Shown piece by piece: positions 63,484 to 64,000 of a stretch of 64,000 bases of DNA. The notes below the pieces were generated by a model. That model saw only the letters and a list, made by a program, of their open reading frames with translations. It was not told where the DNA came from and did no database searches. This stretch comes from a virus. The stretch's first letter is position 1. Each line of letters starts with the position of its first letter. The stretch covers positions 1-64,000 of IMG/VR virus record IMGVR_UViG_3300043788_000114, one strand, 5' to 3'. The translations under genes and the position numbers were made by a program.

Positions 63484-63648
63484 ATGTCCAAGAGATGGAG
63501 AAAGCGCCAAGCGAGGATGGCAGCGACAGCCGCCGCGCAGCCTGCTGTTACGGAGCAACCTGCGGCGCAACAGACAGCACCTCCGCCCGCTGCCCAGCCT
63601 GAACGCGTACAGAAGATTCCTACGTGGCCATGGCGTGCGGTAGGGTAG
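63484..63648 (+). CDS. Small hypothetical protein
   Basis: SD GGAG; MSKRWRKRQARM... Confidence 0.5.
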   Translation: MSKRWRKRQARMAATAAAQPAVTEQPAAQQTAPPPAAQPERVQKIPTWPWRAVG

Positions 63649-63660
63649 AGAAAAGTTTTC

Positions 63661-63735
63661 GTCCCTGTCTGCTAGAGGCGAGGCATCCGCGTTCTCATCG
63701 CGGCAACATCGGTTCGAATCCGATCAGGGACGCCA
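63661..63735 (+). tRNA. tRNA-Glu(CTC)
   Basis: GTCCCTG/CAGGGAC, TT-CTC-AT, GCCA. Confidence 0.9.
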
Positions 63736-63739
63736 AGTT

Positions 63740-63834
63740 GCGCGGCGGCGAGACAGCCGTCAGTATTTGCGTCGAGTACATCTGAGCTACCCGCTATGGA
63801 GGTAGACGCAAGTCGATCATCTGACTAGCCGCGC
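63740..63834 (+). ncRNA. Unidentified structured RNA
   Basis: Nested stems GCGCGGC/GCCGCGC, GTCAG/CTGAC, TTGCGTC/GACGCAA, CTACC/GGTAG. Confidence 0.45.
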
Positions 63835-63843
63835 TTCGTTTAT

Positions 63844-63917
63844 GGGGTCGTCTTCTAACGGTAGGAAAGCTGATTTTCGCTCAGCTAATGCCGGTTCAAC
63901 TCCGGTCGGCCCTTCCA
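63844..63917 (+). tRNA. tRNA-Glu(TTC)
   Basis: GCTGA-TT-TTC-GC-TCAGC, GTTCAACTC, CCA. Confidence 0.8.
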
Positions 63918-64000
63918 ATTTTCATCCCGGAGGAACCCATGCACAGCGTCTATGTGGAATACGATGGCGGCATCAACGCCGCGACCGATGAGGCAATCTA

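Overview
A 64-kb segment of a large tailed dsDNA phage or prophage. It has a podovirus-like layout: terminase, P22-type portal, scaffold, major capsid, adaptor/nozzle and large ejection-type proteins, with no tape measure seen. Positions ~1-51,300 are a + strand late/structural region with five homing endonucleases, signal-peptide-bearing fibre-like proteins and a lysis module. Positions ~51,300-59,600 are a - strand block that includes a glycosylation/methylation cluster. Positions ~60,450-64,000 hold 13 tRNA genes and a circularly permuted two-piece tmRNA. Most notable: (1) an RHH + stand-alone RAMP/Cas7-like gene flanked by non-coding arrays with strict 5-nt GG(Y)NN periodicity, split by conserved hairpins, a candidate non-CRISPR RNA-guided system; (2) a leader-peptide attenuator whose codons match the Leu/Cys/Ser/Tyr tRNAs it precedes; (3) a catalytically dead terminase-nuclease paralogue; (4) a conserved start-codon-sequestering RNA on three unrelated homing endonucleases; (5) small basic proteins, one carrying a copy of the capsid N-terminal motif. 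All calls come from manual motif reading; no searches were run.
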